The notes under the pieces are model-generated. The model searched no databases. It was not told the origin of the DNA and saw only the letters and a program-made list of their open reading frames with translations. Shown one piece after another: positions 59,701-62,795 of a DNA stretch of 62,795 nucleotides. Every line of letters begins with the position of its first letter. Positions within the stretch are counted from its first letter, which is position 1. A program made the position numbers and the translations under genes. This stretch comes from an uncultured Methanosarcinales archaeon (GTDB lineage Archaea > Nanobdellota > Nanobdellia > Woesearchaeales > JACPBV01), in assembly GCA_964577685.1 (NCBI GenBank), contig CAZNZT010000009.1, forward strand, positions 1 to 62,795, written 5' to 3'.

Positions 59701-60908
59701 TGTCTAAGATAAGTAAGAAAAGGAAGATATATATTCCTTATATGGGGGACTATTCTTATGCTCTGAAGACTTCTCTTAAGCTTTTAGGTTACAAATCTGA
59801 GGTAATACCTCTCGCTGATGAAAAAAGCCTTGAGATAGGTAGAAAATATACTTTAGGTAAGGAGTGCCTTCCCATGATAATAACAACCGGCGATATGGTG
59901 AAGATTGTTACAAGCAAGGATTTTAGGAGAGATGAGTCTGCCTTCTTTATAGGCACTGCTTCTGGGCCATGTAGGTTTGGGCAATATGCAAAGATGCAAA
60001 GAATAATCCTAGATGAGCTTGGATTTAAGGATGTTCCTATAGTTACTCTGACAGCTGATGATTCTTATGGTGGAATGGGATTAAAATTTTTAAGGTTAAC
60101 ATGGAATCTATTAGTGGCAATAGATTTGTTGGGGAAGACATTAAGAAAAATAAGACCTTATGAGATTAGGAAGGGGGAAACAGATAAACTTTATAGTGAA
60201 TGTTTAGAAGAGCTTCAAAGTGTAAGTAATGTTGATGATGTTAGAAAAATCTTAAAATTGGCTGCTGAAAAATTTAAGAAAATCCCAACAAAAAATGTCA
60301 GAAAGCCATTGATAGGCATGGTTGGGGAAATATATGTTAGGAATCATCCATTTAGCAATAATGATATTATCAGAAAAATTGAGGGGCTTGGAGGAGAGGT
60401 TTGGTTGACGCCTGTTACTGAGTGGTTTTTTTATGTTAATTTTGTTACCGAGATAAAGAGTGCTATGGAAAGAAAATATGGAAATGTATTGAAGATGAAA
60501 GCTGTTCAATTCTTGGAGAAAAGGGAAGAGCATAAATTGTTTGAGATATTCAAAGATATTCTAGAAGGTTATGAAGAGCCAGAGATAAGAGAAAATGTAA
60601 ATAGCGCACTTCCATATTTGACAAAGTATTTTTTTGGTGAGGCAATCTTAAGTGTTGGTAAATCCGTTGATTTCTTCAAGAAAGGAGTAGATGGGATTAT
60701 AAATACTATACCTTTTACCTGTATGCCTGGGACAATAGTTACTGCTTTGATAAAGAAATTCAGAAAAGAACATGATAATATTCCTGTTTTAACTATGTTC
60801 TATGATGGTTGTAAACAGGAACAGAATGAGGAGATAAGATTAGAGGCATTTATGCTCCAAGCTAGAGAGTATATGTTAAGAAAGAAAAAAGTTATGGTTA
60901 GCCAATAG
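56748..60908 (+). CDS. Fused 2-hydroxyacyl-CoA dehydratase activase (2x BadF/BadG/BcrA/BcrD ATPase + DUF2229-type + dehydratase-like domains)
   Basis: Two GID.GS / E.GG.DSK / CAAGTGSFL / RC.VF modules, CKGCPNRC, CFPIK, FGCGPDS, GPCRFGQY, VGEIYVR, PFTCMP; ATG 56748. Confidence 0.88.
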   Translation: MKYYLGIDIGSVSVDTAILDENKNVIDTRYLRTKGQPVQTTLFILKVLYDSYPNISKIAVTGTGGKLISRLTNALFVNEVQAQARGTRLLNKNIKTIIEVGGEDSKLIQLNDDGTIADFSMNTICAAGTGSFLDQQASRLNVRIEDEFGELAMKSKNPPRIAGRCSVFAKSDMIHLQQEGVPDYDIIAGLCYALARSFVSNIVKGRVLEKPIAFNGGVAANKGMIRAFKDILNLKDDEFIVLKHHACIGAIGAALESINKKISIKNPIADIEEYLATHKRANGSLEPLMMSEVLDLEVRCKAPKFKDGEKVDAYLGIDVGSLSTNVVVIDKNKRLLSRVYLRTAGRPIEAVKKGIKRVYEEIGKHVVIKGVCTTGSGRYLTGKLVGADIVKNEITAQARGTLSVDPKVDTIFEIGGQDSKFISLKDGIVVDFAMNKVCAAGTGSFLEEQAEKLDVNIVNEFGDKALKSRCPTALGERCTVFMESDLNAHKQSGADKNDLIAGLCYSIALNYINRVVAGKKIGDNIYFQGAVAFNKGVVAAFRKLTGKDVKVTPNNDVTGAIGAAIIALENQKEKSNFRGFKEIIDLNYEQKTFECKGCPNRCEIKSVKFGDEKPVFYGSRCEKYDVDRKDKLTKLPDLFKERMDMLLRPYKENVSRDLPSIGIPLATNMFEFYPFWNAFFTELGFSVVHSTLTNKEIINEGLSNSAAETCFPIKVAHGHVLDLVKRGVDYIFTPVMINSEHSERQINSYFCPFTQTFPYMINSAIEEKLNGKKLLQPVIHFQYGKSVLEKDLIKFGLELGKKPKEIKRALESAIRFQDRFYKDMRKRGKEILEQLGNNKRALVIVSRPYNGCDPGLNLDLPKKLRNMGVLPIPMDFLPIDIDRISEDFSEMYWKYGQKILAIADFIKEKDNLFAIYVTNFGCGPDSFILQFFERKIGHKPHLVLEVDEHSADAGIITRCEAFLDSIDSLSEVNIKEIRVSKVLPLSKISKKRKIYIPYMGDYSYALKTSLKLLGYKSEVIPLADEKSLEIGRKYTLGKECLPMIITTGDMVKIVTSKDFRRDESAFFIGTASGPCRFGQYAKMQRIILDELGFKDVPIVTLTADDSYGGMGLKFLRLTWNLLVAIDLLGKTLRKIRPYEIRKGETDKLYSECLEELQSVSNVDDVRKILKLAAEKFKKIPTKNVRKPLIGMVGEIYVRNHPFSNNDIIRKIEGLGGEVWLTPVTEWFFYVNFVTEIKSAMERKYGNVLKMKAVQFLEKREEHKLFEIFKDILEGYEEPEIRENVNSALPYLTKYFFGEAILSVGKSVDFFKKGVDGIINTIPFTCMPGTIVTALIKKFRKEHDNIPVLTMFYDGCKQEQNEEIRLEAFMLQAREYMLRKKKVMVSQ

Positions 60909-61176
60909 CTCTTCTTACATCGACTACTTCAACAGAGTTTATTCCTTCTATTTCTTTTATCTTTTTTTCAAGTTCTTCTGTACTTCCTTTGCTTTCTTCC
61001 ATTACGAATATAATCTTTAGTGCTTTCAATCCAAAGGCTATCGGTTCTTCTTCTAGTTTTGTTTCTGTTTCTCCTGTAAATTCCTTAATATCTTTTATTA
61101 TCTTATCTTTAATCTCATTAAGATTTACTTCTGGGCTTTCAGGCATTACCTTTAGGGTTATAACAACTTGTGCCAT
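60898..61176 (-). CDS. ef1b: Translation elongation factor 1-beta
   Basis: LKVMPESPEV, EEPIAFGLKAL, SVEVVDVRR. Confidence 0.93.
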   Translation of the reverse strand: MAQVVITLKVMPESPEVNLNEIKDKIIKDIKEFTGETETKLEEEPIAFGLKALKIIFVMEESKGSTEELEKKIKEIEGINSVEVVDVRRAIG

Positions 61177-61177
61177 C

Positions 61178-61351
61178 TTAGTTTGGACCTACAAAATTGC
61201 ATTCGGGACATTTATATTTAGCTGCTGTTTCTCTGCATTTCTTACATCTTACTATTGTGCTTTTGCCACAGTTTGGGCATTGAAACATTACTGAGCCTGA
61301 CATATTTGTTATTCTTTTTTTGCATGATGAACATATTATTGTTTTTTCCAT
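61178..61351 (-). CDS. DUF1610-type zinc-ribbon protein, 57 aa (not in ORF track)
   Basis: MEKTIICSSC...FQCPNCG..IVRCKKCR...YKCPECNFVGPN; four CxxC; conserved archaeal position just upstream of EF-1beta. Confidence 0.9.
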   Translation of the reverse strand: MEKTIICSSCKKRITNMSGSVMFQCPNCGKSTIVRCKKCRETAAKYKCPECNFVGPN

Positions 61352-61387
61352 ATTGGCTTTGGATTTGTATTTTGTTTATAAATGTTA

Positions 61388-61939
61388 CTATTCTCTTTTC
61401 TTTAAATAACCTAATAGTCCGAGAACAGCTTTTCTTCTAAATTTCTTTATTTTTTTTACATCTGGCATTTCTCCGTATGTTTTTTTGTGGCCTTCTGGTA
61501 TAAATATTGGGTCATGACCGAAGCCGCACTTTCCTCTTATCTTCTTTGATATTACCCCTTTCTCGACCCCAAGAAAACTAAGTGGCTTTTTACCAGGTTC
61601 GCAATAGCCAACAGCAGAGATATACATGCATTCTCTATTTTTTACACCCTTCATTAATTTTAGGATTCCTTCAAGTCCTATTCTTTTGTGGATATATGCA
61701 GAACAAGTGCCAGGGAATCCCTTTAGTGCCTTTATGAATAAGCCAGAGTCCTCAACAACAACCGGTTTTTTTATTTTATCAGCAAGTTGTTTTGCAGCCA
61801 TCATCACTATTTCTTCCGGATAATCAGATCTAAGTTCTGGGTAGTCTATTTCAAGATGGTTTATTTTTATTCTTTTACCTAATATTTCTTTAAATTCTTC
61901 AACTTTATGCTTGTTTGTGGTTACTAGGTTTATTCTCAT
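61388..61939 (-). CDS. Non-canonical purine NTP pyrophosphatase (Ham1/RdgB)
   Basis: TTNKHKVEE, VEDSGL, GFPG, GFGHDPIF; the usual SHR motif is degenerate (KFR). Confidence 0.88.
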   Translation of the reverse strand: MRINLVTTNKHKVEEFKEILGKRIKINHLEIDYPELRSDYPEEIVMMAAKQLADKIKKPVVVEDSGLFIKALKGFPGTCSAYIHKRIGLEGILKLMKGVKNRECMYISAVGYCEPGKKPLSFLGVEKGVISKKIRGKCGFGHDPIFIPEGHKKTYGEMPDVKKIKKFRRKAVLGLLGYLKKRE

Positions 61940-61978
61940 CTAACTTAGAACTATTTTTGGTTTTTTATATATTTCTTT

Positions 61979-62584
61979 CTATTTGTTTGCGTTATTATGG
62001 GCTTTTAGAACATAAGCTGCAATATATGCTTGCCTGATACCCTGCTCTCCCCTAAAATGTAACTGCAGATTTGTGTTTCTGTTATTTTCTGGATGCGGGT
62101 CTTCTATGAGATGTGAGTGTCTGTATCCCCTTAGGGGCAATGGTGCTGCCCAGATACTGTCTGGTGATATTTGTTCTGGGGGAATTCCTTGGACTTTGTC
62201 TTCTCTAATAGCGAAGGCTATATAGTTTCCTCCCCTGAATTCTTCTGAACGATTCATTATGTGAGAGAAATATTCTAGTAATCTGAGTGCCCCCTCACTT
62301 GGGATTATGGTATAACCATCTGTTGTGTTATATCCAAATACAGGAAAGTGGCCAATCTTATCAATGTTTGGAAGTTGTGTAACCTCTACTTCCGGTAGAG
62401 TTAAAATAATAGGGTATCTCGCTCTATGCTTATTGAGAGGATATCTGCTAGCGTCTCTCCTGTGTGCCCTATCAATCATTTTTAGTGCGAGAATCTTTTG
62501 GCTTATTACCCTTCTTAGTCCTTCATCTGTTTTATTGATAATTCCTTCAAGTCCTTTGCTTTGTGTTTGATTTGCTTCTGACAT
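61979..62584 (-). CDS. Hypothetical protein
   Basis: 201-aa ATG ORF with upstream TATA-like TTTATATA; no family recognised. Confidence 0.7.
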   Translation of the reverse strand: MSEANQTQSKGLEGIINKTDEGLRRVISQKILALKMIDRAHRRDASRYPLNKHRARYPIILTLPEVEVTQLPNIDKIGHFPVFGYNTTDGYTIIPSEGALRLLEYFSHIMNRSEEFRGGNYIAFAIREDKVQGIPPEQISPDSIWAAPLPLRGYRHSHLIEDPHPENNRNTNLQLHFRGEQGIRQAYIAAYVLKAHNNANK

Positions 62585-62795
62585 TTTTGTTTATGTTGTT
62601 CTTGGTTTATGGTTTTTATATAAATTATATAAAAGAACGATAAAAGTGGGAAGCTTATTTTCATATATAAATTTTTCTGAAATTTTCTAATCTAGTATGC
62701 TAGATAAGAAAGCTGATGATTTTATGTTTTTTTCTTTTAATGATACTGTAAAGATAAGAAATTAATACCTCCTTTTTCTATGAGTTAGATCATAA

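Noticed and set aside
604..62570. Many 60-180 aa ORFs in the track overlapping or antisense to the called genes
   Set aside because: Shadow ORFs (F/I/L/S-rich) of well-supported genes, with no motifs or RBS

Overview
AT-rich archaeal chromosome segment, most likely Woesearchaeota/DPANN-like (inferred from Nop5-fibrillarin, aEF-1beta, ABCE1, A/V-type ATPase, an intron-containing tRNA, presenilin-like protease, GT3 glycogen synthase and TrmB). It is mostly housekeeping and metabolic genes: acyl-CoA carboxylase, ATP synthase operon lying between pdxS and pdxT, pyrG, secF/secD, MoxR-DUF58-vWA, a trp operon that contains rpe but not trpA, glmS, a glycogen/compatible-solute cluster and a large dehydratase-activase fusion. 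The most striking unexplained signal is a set of recombinase-free single-gene cassettes (26884-27457, 27462-29328, 45918-46258, plus an orphan left end at 26822). They share the layout AATCGCT-GTTA core / cGAAg mini-hairpins / GAAG / inverted repeat ... cargo gene ... inverted repeat / TT / complementary core-TAA. The arms differ between copies but pair within each copy, which suggests a structure-defined mobile gene-cassette system; one cargo looks like an antiviral defence protein. Other items missing from the ORF track: a 26-aa protamine-like Arg/Ser/Thr peptide gene with its own promoter, RBS and terminator, a 159-bp MITE with an 8-bp TSD, a 45-aa membrane ORF coupled to atpD, and two small zinc-finger genes. 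All product calls come from motif recognition only; no database searches were run.
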